Assembly (NCBI GenBank): GCA_012295275.1
Contig: CM022667.1
Coordinates: 13,206,001 to 13,270,000, forward strand
Length of the DNA: 64,000 nucleotides
Direction: 5' to 3'
Origin: Chrysomallon squamiferum
Taxonomy: Eukaryota > Animalia > Mollusca
Within the stretch, counting starts at the first letter, position 1; each line of letters begins with the position of its first letter. Positions 1-15,654 of this stretch are shown one piece after another. A program made the position numbers and the translations under genes. The notes under the pieces were generated by a model. That model was not told the origin of the DNA. It saw only the letters and a list, made by a program, of their open reading frames with translations, and ran no database searches.

Positions 1-718
1 TGTTTCAAATGAGTTTCCCTCTCTCTGTTGCTGTTGCTGCTGCTGTCGGAAAAGAAAGGGTGGTTCGGTTGAGCTGTTTTTTTTTTTTTTTTGTTAATAA
101 ATTTTATTTTAATACGCAGCTTAATACGAAAAGACCATGACTGATCGTGGCGATCACATTTGTGATGATTATGATAAGCATGATAATAGTAATAATACTG
201 GTAATGATGATTATTGATGACGGGGAGGTAGTAACGATGATGATGATGATGATGATGTTGTTGATAATGATCCTGATAGTGATGACGTATTCATTATAAA
301 TATAATAGTAATATTTATACTGATATTGATAATGATGATATTGAAAACGGCGAGGCAGTAATGATGATGATAATAACGATAGTGATGCCGACATATTCGT
401 AATAATTAAGATGGTAATAATGATAATGCTGATGATTATAATGATGATGATCGTGATGAATATGAAAGTTACGACAAAAATAATGAGAAGGTGTTGATGA
501 CAATAATATGTATTTGTATTTAATATACAGAAATTTATATTTTTCTTTTCTGTTTTCTGAACGTATTAACTAGATGGGGAAAAATAATAATATGTACAAC
601 AAGAGACTCTAGCCAATACATACAAACATTTAACTCACTGACTAGTTTTGCACAGCACACTTTGTTTTTGTTATGACTAGAAATAACATCCGCGGTAAGT
701 AATGAGAAGGGACGGATC

Positions 719-798
<80 letters not shown>
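719..798. repeat. Compound (GAT)n-(TAT)n microsatellite
   Basis: Direct read; boundaries approximate. Confidence 0.95.
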
Positions 799-799
<1 letters not shown>

Positions 800-2236
800 T
801 AAAGAATGTCAATTTTTACATTACAAAAATTTTCAACATTTTAGTTCATGTACGAACAGAGAAATTTACTACTTTAAATATCCAAATGTCAGGCTATTTG
901 TCAGGCATTTTTATCTTTTATCTTTACTGACGAAATTAACGGCGAAAGCCAGCCTTTTAATTTATTGTCTTCAAATAATTACAGAATATTTTCATTGTGT
1001 GCTTCAGTACTTTTTGCAAGGTAAATTTCGATTTTATTTTCCCCATTTTTGAGTATATTGAAAACCGGTTAAAAAGGAGACCAAAATTATCTTCTTTTGC
1101 CAATAATTATTATTTCTGAGAGAGAATTGCGAAATCATATGAAATATGACCATCATGACGCGTCCATATTTGGACAGGAAAACACATCTTTCATCAGCGC
1201 TCTTTGTTTAGAGCGAGGATAAACGAACGAATTATGGTGTATAGATAAGAAATAGGAATCGTCTTGCATTATTTACTACAGCGGAAACTCGAAATATCGC
1301 AGAACGTAGTTATTCTGTTTCCCCCGAAACAAGTGGTAGCTCTGCGATAACCCAGTTATCTGCCCTTCTATTTCCGACATTCAGCACGAGCAGACTTTTA
1401 AACGAAACGATATTCGTTTATTTACCTTTGTGATCGAAAATAGTTCTTCCCGTTGTGTGTTCCACATTCTTTCTAGCTTGCTTGCATTTATTACTATTTA
1501 AAATAATCACTGAGTTAAAAATGAAAAATAAAATGAAAATAAATAAAATAAAATGATATAAATAAAGTAAATTATCTGAATTATAGATAAGACTTGGTAA
1601 ACAGAATTAACGAAGTTTGTGAAATTCAGTGGACTAGTTTAAAAAAAAAAAAAAAAAAAATTTTTTTAGGTGAATTACATGTTTAAAACGTTCATCTTTG
1701 GGTTGATCAACTCTGTGCATAATTATTTCCTGTTTCAACCAGATATATCTCATGTTTAATAACTACTAGTTTAAATTTTTTATTTTTTTTAATGTTAGTG
1801 CATCCATTTATATATATGTCGATATATATAGACAATATAACTGAATCAATTCAGTGTATTCTTCAAGAACATGAACAATTATTTTATAACGTATCTTTCT
1901 CTGAAAAAAGCTTTAATTGCATCTTCGCATTATTGTGGGCTGTCATTTACCAACAGTGGAGCTACGTCTGGATTGGGAAATGACTTCTACACTTGTATAT
2001 CGCTCTCATCTTGAACGTTCCTGTAAAATCATGACATTTCTTTGATATACTTTACTCGTATTTGAGTACAGACAATTACTCTCAAATCCAATAATGGTTA
2101 TTCATAAATCGAACGCTCTAAAGCTTACCTCGCAGATTGAACTTAAAATGGACTGCACTTACATGCACTCATACAGAAAAAAAGAAAACAAGAAATGAAA
2201 TAAAAAAAATAAAATAATAGACAGAATCAAAGAAAA

Positions 2237-2275
<39 letters not shown>

Positions 2276-3573
2276 AAGGAACGCATTAATACGAGCGTAC
2301 ACGGCAGTAATTGGTAATAAAATTTTACTTCGTTTCGTGACTATTACGATTTCAAATTACTTTTCTGATTTAATGAACATCGCTACTCGTTTTCCGAAAA
2401 TGTACTTCTAAAGGTAGACTTTAATTGCGTCGTTTAGCAGCTGCATTATTAGAAAAATGCCCAACAAATTTCTAAAATTTCGAACTGTTTATAGTAAAGA
2501 AGAGTAATAATATATATATATATATATATAAAAAATAAAAGTCCGTGAAGAAGGTAGGAAAGGAACATTCTCAGTTTTACGAGCCATTTCGGACAAAGAA
2601 AGTGTTGTTCGAACACACAACCCGCAGACACACAGACACATACACACACACACCACAAAATACAAATAAAACTTGCACATTTTAATACTTACAAATACAA
2701 CGTATATATATAATCTTAATTCCTCTCTTAAAAAAAAAAAAAAAAAAAAAAAAAATACCATAACTAAACAGAAAAATAACATCAACTAAGAACTCTCACA
2801 AACGTACAATTTTTATGAACCAACAACTGCTCATAACGTTAACTCGTGCAGAAAGACAAGAACACCAATGCGACTTAAGACATAATAAATCCCATCTCGA
2901 AATAAATTCGTATTTATTCTCAGAGACTTGCACTGCACTGCACCGGCGCAACCCCGAGTCGCAGAGACGAGCAATAAATGATATTACTCGAGATTAAAAC
3001 CATCATTCTTTCTTTGCGCAGTGATAACACGTGGCATGCGGCGTAAATAAACAAGTCCTGTCCAAAACGAGCGCGCGCATTTCTCGCGCTATCTTTAATT
3101 CCCGTCTGCTTGCCGCGTGTTTCGCACCTGCAGCGCTTGTCGAAGGTCGTGTCCTAGGATTTTAAACAAACACTCCGCGGTTTGAAATATAAACGACTAC
3201 GTAGGAATAGCTTTTGTAAACAAACATCGGACACCTGTCCTTTCACCGACAGAGAGAGAGAGAGAGAGAGAGACAGCAAGGGAGAGAGAATAAGTAATAA
3301 TACTAAAGCAGACCAGAAGGAATACTAGCATACACTTATATATCTATTTTCTTTCGATTGATGGTTAACATTTTATTTTTTTATTTTATTTATTATTTTT
3401 TTATTTGTTATAATTTGTTAATATATGGATTTCATTTTGTAATTTATAGTGACTACATTAATTTCGTTCTGTGTCATTTCTTACCTGATAAAATGTATAA
3501 GTTGAAAAGCATCTATAACACTGATATAATAATGATAGTAGTAGTAGTAGCTGAAGTACTACTAGTAGTAGTG

Positions 3574-3605
<32 letters not shown>

Positions 3606-4395
3606 TGTAGTAGTAGTAGCAATAAAAGAAGTAATATTCAGTTATTAATATTATAAAAAAAAAAAAAAAAAACAAGACGTAATAAACTAAAAGAAGATCA
3701 TCCTTTCAAATCAATTGCTTCTTCTTCTTCCTTTTTCGATCTTTCTTTCTTTCTTTTTTTAATTATGAAAGAGCACCAAATCGTTTCCGATCGCGTGCAC
3801 ATTATGACACGGGTCTGATGTCCACTGCACCCGCCAACCCCACCTGTCTGGCTAAACCAGTGGGGTGGGACAGATGGGTGTCAGTAGGTGGTTCTGTCGT
3901 CGTTACTCTGTCGGAACCGACAGGACATCAATTCAGGTGCACGCTAGACTGCTCACCGCAGATTATTTACGCTTCACCCGCACAGACCTGTCGTAAGAGG
4001 TGTCAGTAACACACACACGAGTTCGAAAAACAGTTTTCTGTGAGTATATATATCCTCATTGACTTGTTTATTCACTATGTACAGAACTGTATGCTTTGAG
4101 ATCCAGTCCAGCACGGGTTGGTTGGTAATGAAACCTTGTGGAGAAGCTGTTAAACAGTTACTTCTTCATTTTCATACTTATTAATAAATTACTGATGTAG
4201 CAGGTCGACAAATGATGCTCCAGTACTGATTTATTTTTTTTTTACGTTTTTTTTTTAAAGTAATGCAGTGACGACCAGACAAATGTATGTTAGTGTCAGG
4301 ACTTTTCTGTATGTCTGTCTGTCAGTATGTGTGTATGTATGTGTATCTCTCTCTCTCTCTCTCCGTCTGTCTGTCTACACACACACACACACACT

Positions 4396-4446
<51 letters not shown>

Positions 4447-6113
4447 TTATCAATTAAATCTTTGTACTTTTGCATCCATATATCTTCTTATTACTTTTAA
4501 TTAGGATCGTAAATACTTCTGAAGACTAAGTTGTTTACAGGCATTAGGAGTTTAATCAATAAATCAATTTTATACGTCAAAAAGAAATAAAGTATTCCAA
4601 ATATATCTCCTATGTTTACCAAATATTTTAGTATCTTGATCAATAATATACCTGATCAAAAAAAAAAAAAAAAAAAAAAAAAGAGAAGGTACTTAATTAC
4701 ACATAATTATATTTACAATCCCTGATCTAAAAGGCGCTGTAAGAGCGAGTTTAATTATTCTGAAAAATCCGTACGAAAAGAAAAAGAAAACGAAAACGAA
4801 AAAGGCAACTAATGCGTTTTTATTGCTAAATGTACAGTGCATTGCAATAATATTTATGTTTTCCTTATACGTTCAGCTTGTTTTATAAGAAGAAGAAAAA
4901 AAAAAAATGTACGTTTCTACAGATAGGGAAGTACAAACCTTTATCGCTGATGAATCGATCTTGCAGTTCTAGTTGGAACTGGATATAAAGAATGCACCGA
5001 TGAAAACTGAGTCAAAGACCAATGAGTTTCTACGACAGTTTTGTAACGTGTTTCTTTGCCTATGGCTTAGTGCAGTTCACCGATTTACGGGTAAGCAAAG
5101 ACACCGCAACCACCTTTTAGTAAACATAGATCCGCCCTTGGCTTAACCTACATTTCACATTGATTTCCTGCTGTGTTTTAATCCCATTGAAAACATTTTG
5201 ATCGATATTAGTGTATTTGATTTAATGATAATGCCTCTTTGAGCTAGTAAAACGGTATATTTTTCCTTTGATTTTTCTTCTTCTTCAATGACGTCATCTC
5301 TTGCTGAGTAAAACACGAGAATGAATGAAAGAAACGAGTGCATCTTCTTTTTCCGCCATCATTTTTTGCAGTAAACAGCCATCGGTTTTTCCACGATATT
5401 TCAGTTAAAGAAACAAACTGAAGAATGTATGCTTGTTATCAGAGAATGAGATAGCGAATGAATGAGTGTATCAATGAAAGCATATAACGATTGCGTAATA
5501 ACTCTTGAAAACATTAATGTTAGAGATTATTAAGGGTCATTCGGTATTCAGTATATAGTTCTCTCTCTCTGTAAACACATACATAGTAAATATGTACATA
5601 GATACCCATACTCATACAGATACACTCACAACATATACGTACATATCTACATACCTATCTACATACCAACCTACATACATACATTTATACGTACATACAT
5701 ATATACACACACACATACATACAAACATACATACATACATACGTACACAAATACATACAAACATACATACATACGTACACAAATACATACATGCATACAT
5801 ACATTATTATTTTTTTGTTTATTGATAATTTTTATTTTATTTTATTTTATTTTTATTACATATAAATACATACATACATAAAATCATTATTACGTACACA
5901 GATATGCAAAATCGTTGGTACACGTACATGCATGCTTTGACCACACTCGTACACGTCGGTGCTAAAGTATTTCCATACAGAAAGCAGCGTTTGATCCTGT
6001 ATGTTACATTACAGATGGTGGCTTTTCCCACATAAAACAGTAAACTGCTTGAGGCACAGTTGTTCTTCGGATCGATTTACCATTATGGAACTAACATTTG
6101 ACGAGAATAATGG

Positions 6114-6169
<56 letters not shown>

Positions 6170-6251
6170 TTTTGACGGGAGGGATTTTTTTCGTCCGTGG
6201 GAAATCATAAGAAAGAAAAACTGCATTGAAATACGATATAGACATACAGAC

Positions 6252-6254
<3 letters not shown>

Positions 6255-6343
<89 letters not shown>
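6255..6343. repeat. (TC)n microsatellite
   Basis: Direct read. Confidence 0.95.
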
Positions 6344-6346
<3 letters not shown>

Positions 6347-7868
6347 CTCACGCACTCAGACACCCACACACATACGTGTGCATGTTGATGAACGCCTGCT
6401 TAACTCTATCGCTTATTTGTATTTTTTATTTTTTTGGTTCACTTCGTCATTCATTCACCGCGTTTCTCTGTTTTGTACGAAGTCTGAAAAACAAGACAAC
6501 ACTTGCGGTCAGGCTTATCCGTACCTTAAGTCTTTTCACCTGTCAGGTAAACAAGAAACGTTACAAACACTTGTAGTGTCAGTTTCAAGATTATTGACGC
6601 GGGTAACCGCAACTATTCGTCCCCAGGGTTAGAAAAACCGCAATACGTGATGCGATGCGTTCGACAGGGAGGGCAAGCTCGTGAATCTTCGTGTGTGATC
6701 GACTTCCGAGTGCTGGTAAAAATCTTCAGCGGAATGAAATGCTCGATGTTTTGTGCGTAATAATTTTCGGTTGAATGTATTTAGTAAAGGTTTTTTTTTG
6801 TGTGTGCGTCTGTGTCTGTCTGTCTGTATGTCTGTGTGTGTTAATTATTTGTAAAAGTAATGTTTCATTTGTGATTATACATTTTGATGATTATGATTAT
6901 GATGATGATGATGATAATAAAAGGAATAAGAAGTAGAAGAAAGAAGAACAGAAAAAAGAAAGTGAGGAACAAGAACAAGTAAAAATAATTTAAAACTGAC
7001 ATTTCTAATGTTTATATTGATAATGGTGAAGATGACGTTGATGATGATGATGATGATGATGATGATAAGGATTCAATAAATAAAAAAATAACATAACATT
7101 TGTTCGTTAGTTTATTTAAATAAACTGAAATGATTTCAAGTAATGTGATAATTTAGGCTAATATTTCTTTCTTTCCTTCTTATTCTCTCTAAAACATTTT
7201 TTTTTTTTGGACTCTATTTCTGTTTCTCAACCTCCCCTTATCCTTTTCTTTCTTTCTTTCTTATTTTCTTTCTTTCTTTCTTTCTTTCATTCCTTTAACA
7301 GATCAATATTCTTACACCTGCAGACTAACATATCTCGAGTGCAAGACGCTCATGACACCGTAACAATTACATTCATCGCCGCGTAACCGTAACCGTAACC
7401 AGTTTAACACGTGCAAGTACTTGCCTTGTAACACACGTAACCGTTCTGTGAGAATGCACCCATTGATGACTTTTTTTTTTTTTTTTACGTTTCTTTCGGA
7501 TTAGGAAGTAATGGGGTCGATTACCGATATCCGATAGGTTGAATAACGCTTGCGGCTGTGAACCAGAAGCTGCAACGCTTGATGGCGGTTACATTACAAT
7601 CTGTGATGGCACAGATATTTTCTGTTACTGCCTGGTCGAGTTTTCACAAAACGAGATTGGCGACAGTCATAAGTCAGTTTATATACATAATGTTAATGTT
7701 TGATGGTAATGAAAAGGTAAATTGCACTTGAAATTGTAAACAAATGGTTCACGGATTTCGACAATTGCAGTTATTTTACTTTTTTTAAATGGACTGTGAC
7801 TGAAAATCCATTAGCGGTATCGGTTTCGGCGTATTGAATGCGTGTATATATGAGTGAGTGAGTCAGTG

Positions 7869-8832
<964 letters not shown>

Positions 8833-10352
8833 ACAGAGGAATATAAATTATTTTTTTTTTCAATAACATTTCCGTCCTTGTCAACACAAAAAATTACACA
8901 GAACACAACAACAACAACAACAACAACAGCATCGACAATTGTAACACAAACAAAATTTATCCGATTTTTTCCCCCATCCCTTCTAATTACACTAACAAAC
9001 CAAACTAGGACTGTATTCACAACCCAGGTTCTCGGGCGCCCGGGCACAAGGCCGAGGTGCTTCATAACAATTTCCCACTGTCCGACCAACAGCTTACCAC
9101 GTCTCTGGAAAACACGATGCACCTGGCTTTGAAGACGTCCTCTTGTAAACACCCCCCAGCACCCGAGGCTAGCTGACACTCACGATTACAGGCGAGTCGA
9201 GAATGAGCCATGGCGAGTATTAAACGAGTCAGTTTCGCGGGGTCCCCTCTGCAGTCTCTGTGATCTCGTTAGTCGTGCGCTGTAGCTAGAAGTGACACAT
9301 CTTGCCATCTGGACCGGGGAATGTCCCAAAGGCAAAGTCGTAAACAAAGAAATAATAAAAGACAAAAACGAAAACGTCTACTTTACGGACAGATGTGTCC
9401 TAACCATCGGCTCTTAACTGAGATCTGGGAAAAAAAAAACAACACGTTCATGTTTTTCACTAAGTTTCAGTAACTTTTTTAAGTATATGATGAATTTTCT
9501 TTCTTGCAAAGCAGCCTTTAACATTTTTCACTTAGGTTTTGTTTTGTATCCGTCAAGAAATTTTTGCCATTAAAGAGTCAGTGAGTTTTATTCCACGTCG
9601 AGTTTTCCACTTAGTAGTTTCCATTAAAATAACATTGTGTTTTTTTCCTCTTGCATTAAATAGCTTTCTAATTACAGACCGAGTTTTTTGATAAGCTGTT
9701 ATCTAGTTTTCCCATTAATTTGTTTTATCAATGGTTATCCGGTTTTCTAATATATATATATACATACAAACAACAACAACAACAAAAAAAGAAAAGCAAG
9801 AAATAAATAAATAACTGGAGTATTCTAACAAATTATGGCCAAGCTGTCCTGTGCTTGAATTTTTTGCTAACAGCTGGTACATATTCACTACTTTATAAAT
9901 ACTGCAATGAAAACGTTAAATTAAATACACTTTAGTTGGAAGTGTGTTAAAACTCAGAAGAACAAAAACATCTCAAAAATGTTTTATACCTATATATTTG
10001 GCGCTATGTGTTTATTTCATAGGACTGAAAAATATTCCAGATAATTGTTTGTTGATTTAAATTAAATATTCCGTTTTCCACTCTGTAAATTAGTTTAAAA
10101 CTGTTAGTTATTATTATTATTATTATTCTTGTTTATATTTTTTCTATCTTTTCAAAAGCATTATCTTTATTTCAGATTTTGCTTACATGTCGTTGTTGTG
10201 GTTGTTTTTTCTCTTCTTTTTCTTCTTAATGTTATTAGTTAATCAAAATGTATTTTATTTCGGCACTTATCTTGTTTAAACATGTCCATTAATCATTTTG
10301 GGTTTTATTCTTATTCGTAATGCTTTTTATTCTTTGTCGTTTCTTCAATCGG

Positions 10353-10386
<34 letters not shown>

Positions 10387-10802
10387 CTTTGTTTTTCCGT
10401 ATCAAAACATAATTTAATTCTTTAGCTGATTATCTTCCAGATGTTAGAGTTGTGCCCTTTCTTTCTTTAAAAATTTACGTTTTGAAAAAAAAAAAAAAAA
10501 ATTCTGTCTTTTCTTTTAAACTGCTGATTATTACTTTCCGGCTTAAATCAAAAGCCACCTCACCTAGTCGCTACAAACGACCTTTCTTACCGACACAAAC
10601 TGCGTATCACCTACACACTAAAGGCATTATTTACCTCATTTGCACAACGTATGCGAGAAACAACAACGCAGTAGATGTTGCTGTTCTTTTGTGTGCTAAA
10701 GCCCTCCGAATATAATTTATGAAACATCTGATCATCGCGTCTGCAAACCGAGACTTTATGTCTATTGCAAGTGTCGTCTGTCACTTTGCCGTTCAAGTGA
10801 TT

Positions 10803-10815
10803 TGACCTTTGACCC
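10803..10815 (-). promoter_or_regulatory. Perfect DR1 element GGGTCA-A-AGGTCA (RXR/COUP-TF/HNF4-type)
   Basis: Plus strand reads TGACCT T TGACCC. Confidence 0.4.
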
Positions 10816-11342
10816 GCCTACCTTTTACAAGTGCGTTCGGTCGGCGGGGAAAAAAAAAAAAAAAATATCCGGTTTTCGGAATATTTGTCATCGGTGCCAT
10901 TATGTGTGTGATAATAATTTAAAGTGTCGCCCAAAACTTGATCTCAAGTTCGAACTGCCTTCTGTCACCGAGCTCGGGAACGGTCAGTTAGTGCAAAAGG
11001 ATTTTTTTTATTTCAAAAAAAAAAAATGTTTACGGCAAACACGGGGCTATTTTACATGGCACAGAAACTGGAGCAAGTCGGAAATACGTTATGATGCGCA
11101 AAGAAGATCTGTGTGGAACAAAAATGGATGGAAAATGTGAATCATGTTTTAGCGAGAGGGAGCATGCGAAAAAAATAAAATAAAAAAAAATAAAATAAAA
11201 AGGGATGAGAAAAAGAAAGAAAGAGAGAAAGAGAAAGAAAGAATGAAAAATGAAAGGGAATTTGATAAAGTTAATTTTTCAAGCAATTTAAAGTAAAAAT
11301 TAGATAAAGCTGTAGAAATAGAGAGGGAGAACTGAGAGGAAA

Positions 11343-11426
<84 letters not shown>

Positions 11427-11947
11427 CATCTGACATAAGACAGATGTGCTGCTTTTGTTTTTCTTTTCTTTTTTTAAATAAAACATTTCGCAAACTCTGG
11501 TCAGTGACCCAACCTAGTTTCAAACCAAGTCTCCCTTCATTCCCTCGCAATTGTTTACAACGCGTGCACGCAAATGTGAACTATCGATTAGATAGTTTAC
11601 TTACTTACATAGGTACAGGCTCGTAATCGTAACGGCAGAAACACATATAGGTTAAAGGTATAACATAAGTGTTTAAATTCGTAATCGTCTGGCTAAACAA
11701 GCTAGCTGATTCTGTAAATACTGCGTACAGAAATACATGCACTCCGTTTGCAGATGGTGCCGGTTCTGCACTTTATCAGAGGCCACTGAGAAAAGTATTA
11801 AAAAAAAAAATAAAAAAAAAAAATAGAAAAGGAAAGATAAAAGTCAAAGAAAGAAGCAGAAAATTTAGAACGTAACGTAACTGAAAAACGATATATTACG
11901 GAATTGAACAGAAACCAAAAATATTTTTAAAAATGAATAAAAGATAA

Positions 11948-11989
<42 letters not shown>

Positions 11990-14900
11990 TTAAAAAATTA
12001 AAGCTATACCAAAAAAAAAAAAAAAAAAATGCTATGAAATGTTCAGCATCGGCGACCATATAATACGAGCCTTCGCTAAAAAGAACTTGATAATTTGCTA
12101 AGCGAATCAGATTCTATTTTATTTAGATTTTGCTTTTGATTTGATCTGATCTGATCTGATCTGATCTTATTATTTTATTTATTTTATTTTATTTTGCTAA
12201 AGTCTTTGATTACTGTGCACTTTGTATCGAGTTAAGTGAAATTCAGATACAATATTTTGTTATATGTGACTAGATATTTATTCATGTGCCGTGTTGTTAA
12301 CGCTTCAGATTATTTGTCATAGATTTCAGTCATGTGTGAAATGACGTCACATGCTCAAACGCCACCTATTAAAAAAAAAAATAATAATAATAAAATAAAA
12401 TCTACAAACTTTGTATCCAACCCATTCATTGTGTATTTAATATTAATATTAATTTGCGAAAATACATAACGATACAAAAGATTTAGAACTAAACTGTTGT
12501 TATAATTAATAATTTAATAGCTGAGACAACATAGGCTTTGGCTTGTCTGATGATGTTACCATTACATTTCACAACTGCAGTAAACGCTAGAAAGGCTTGC
12601 TTCGACAGCTATTTCGAATATTCGGCTGATAACTGATTAACTTATTTCTAAACAGAATCCGGCTTCACGCGAATTGAAAGTACAATAATTAAGACACATT
12701 CTGACTATAATAATAATAAAAAAAATTAAAAGCTCCACACCAAAATTTCTAAAAATAATCGCAGCATCTCTCAGTAATGTGCATTTCAAACATCCTTCCA
12801 GAAATCGGCAATAACTCTCAACATCCTTTTCACAGAAATCGCCAATAACTCTGAAATACTCCTAACGGAACGGTTGCTAATCATTGTTACAAATAGTCAC
12901 AACACTTCGGAAGTGAGCTGCACAAAAAGTTAGGGAGACAATAATTAGTTAATAAACAATCCAGACGTCAAACATATTTTTTCGCGCCAAAATTGTCGCT
13001 CTTCTTTACAACAACAAACAAAAAAAACATAAACAAAAAAAAGACGGAGGCAAAAACTAATTGTTTTTTTAGTACGTTTTCGTAATGAAATTTAAAGGTT
13101 TCGACTGGAAACGAGCAGCGAAAGCAAGTCAGCGGTAATAAATGGCTAATTACAAAGTGATATTTTTGGTGAGCTTTAATTAAGGCAATATCAGCGGCAC
13201 TTGTAATGGGCAAGTATCAAAGAAATGGAATGCGAAGAAACGAGAAATAATGAGAAAAATATTTCGGTGAATTGTAATGTTAGGTATCTCTTAAATGATT
13301 AACTGGTTGGGGTTTTTTTTTTTTTTTTTTTTATGGGCTTAAGAAGAGAAGAAGGAAGTTGTATTTTATTTCTTCTGTGATGTAATTCAAATGTGCGTAT
13401 GATGGGAACGGCACGTGCAAGTCTATAAATAAATAAATAAATAAAATGAAATAATAAAACAAAACAAAGCAATACTATGCAATGCAATACAAGCAATACA
13501 ATATAATACGATATAATATAATATAATACAATACGATATAATAAAAATAAAATAAAATGAGAATTATCAATAAAGAAATAAAATAAAACAAAACGTTTCT
13601 TGTTAGATATGATATATGAAAGTTTAAGGAAAAAAAAAATTAAAAGCCCAGAAATATTCCTTCGAGAGAATTTGTTTCATTGATTCACTGAAGTTGAAAA
13701 AAATAAATACACAGGGCAAATAACCTGCTATTAAGATTGTGAACAGACGAAAAAAAAATAAAAATAAAATACAGGTGGTAGAGTTAACGTTCATAAAGAC
13801 TGAATAAATCAGACGAAAACGACAAAAGCCGCCGAGCGACTGTTCCCAGTGACCACCTGCTGGAGAACCCGCCACAGTGAGAGTGTCCCCGCTCGCCTCT
13901 CCCCCGGGACGTTTACGCCTGCGGGCACGACTTTCCTCAAAATGGTCGATGCGTTTTCACAAAGGAGGAAAACGCATAATTTCAAACTACAAAACATCAC
14001 TCATGGCGAGCCCGCCGTAGTTAGAAATGGATCGCAGTTTGAGAAAAACAGTCCATTTGGAAAGTGAGTGGGTAACCATGTTTAAATTACTCTACACCAG
14101 ACGTTTATACGGCAATTAAATATGCCGGGCTATGTTCGTATGTACCTCTTGACTGCATCAGACCCTACAGGGTGGAAGTGAAAAGAAAAGAAGACTGAAC
14201 CACTAGCCATTATGAAGCCACGGAGAGGATTGTCATTGTAATTTCGTCCCTCGGAAATGAGAACTAACTTAACAGAGGGCAGCGGGTTATGCAGTATATA
14301 AACATTTTTTTTTTTTTTTTTTTTTTACTATATGATTTAAGAAGTATTGAAAAAAAAATTCGTTCATTCATTTGTGTACAGAAATAGTGTACTCTTCACA
14401 TTTTCAAGTAAAGAAGGGTATGAGTATTTGAAAAGTGCGTTAATAATGATGTTAACGCAATTAAAAATAAAATGGACAGGGAAAAAATAACATAAAATAA
14501 ACAGAAATAAGATAAAGATATGTAGTGCGTTATTATTACTATCATTATTTGTTGTAGTAGTAGCAGTAGCAGGGGTAATGATTGTAGTAGTAGTAGTAGT
14601 AACAGTAGTGGTGTTGTTGCTGAATACCATTCTGTGTTCGTAATACAGATTGCGGATAATTAAAATCAGCAGTTTCTTAATTGTACTTTTATAACAATTA
14701 TTTGAATTATGATTACAATTCATATATTGAATTAACTGTGCTGCAAACATGAACAGGCACTGGTATACTGGTCACAAAAAGTTAAGAACGATATTAACAT
14801 GTCGGTAATGTGTTGTTTTGTCATTCTGCAAGTGATGCGGACTCACTCGTACGGAGCCGCTCCTCGGATCTTTTCGGTTAGGATAATTAGGTCAATGTTT

Positions 14901-15603
14901 ATGACGGACAGCCATTTCCTGCATTCATACAAAGTACGACGAAAATTCACTCCGATCTTTAACTTGTTGTGTCTAATATAGTTATTTTACATTATGTATT
15001 CCGAGTTCGGTTAAACTTTTTGTTTGATAAAGATATAATGTTGCAAAATTACTTTACCAACAGTAACAAAACAAAGGGAGATAATTAAAGTCGGTCAAAA
15101 AGGAACGGTTAAAGTCTCTGATATAGGGTTCTTTTTTTTTTTTCAATTTTTTTTTTTTTTTTCTTTCTTTTTGCAGAAGAAGCATTCAATATTCGTTATT
15201 GTCCAGGAAGATCGACAAACAAAAGAGAACTCTTGTGACAGGACCGGAGAAAATTTCCAGTGAAAGGTCCGCACTAAATCCAAAAATGACAGCTCCGCAC
15301 AAAAAGTGCTGAGTGACAAGTGAATGAGACTTTTTTTCCTTTCACTCATTGAAGACGAATCACAGCACGTCACGGTTAATTGACAGCAACATGAATACAG
15401 CTAATTAAAAGTTAATTAGACTCCGAACTCTGTCAGAATGGAAATTTGGTTTGGCGCAGTTTCAAGAAAATCGAGGACGAAGTGAACTTACGGTGTGAAA
15501 ACTTACGTGAAGAACAGGCTTTTTTTAAAGTCTAGAATTGTTTTGCTTATTTTTCTTGGTATAGGTAAGACTGGATTCGTCAGCAGATTATTATGAAGTG
15601 TGG

Positions 15604-15654
<51 letters not shown>

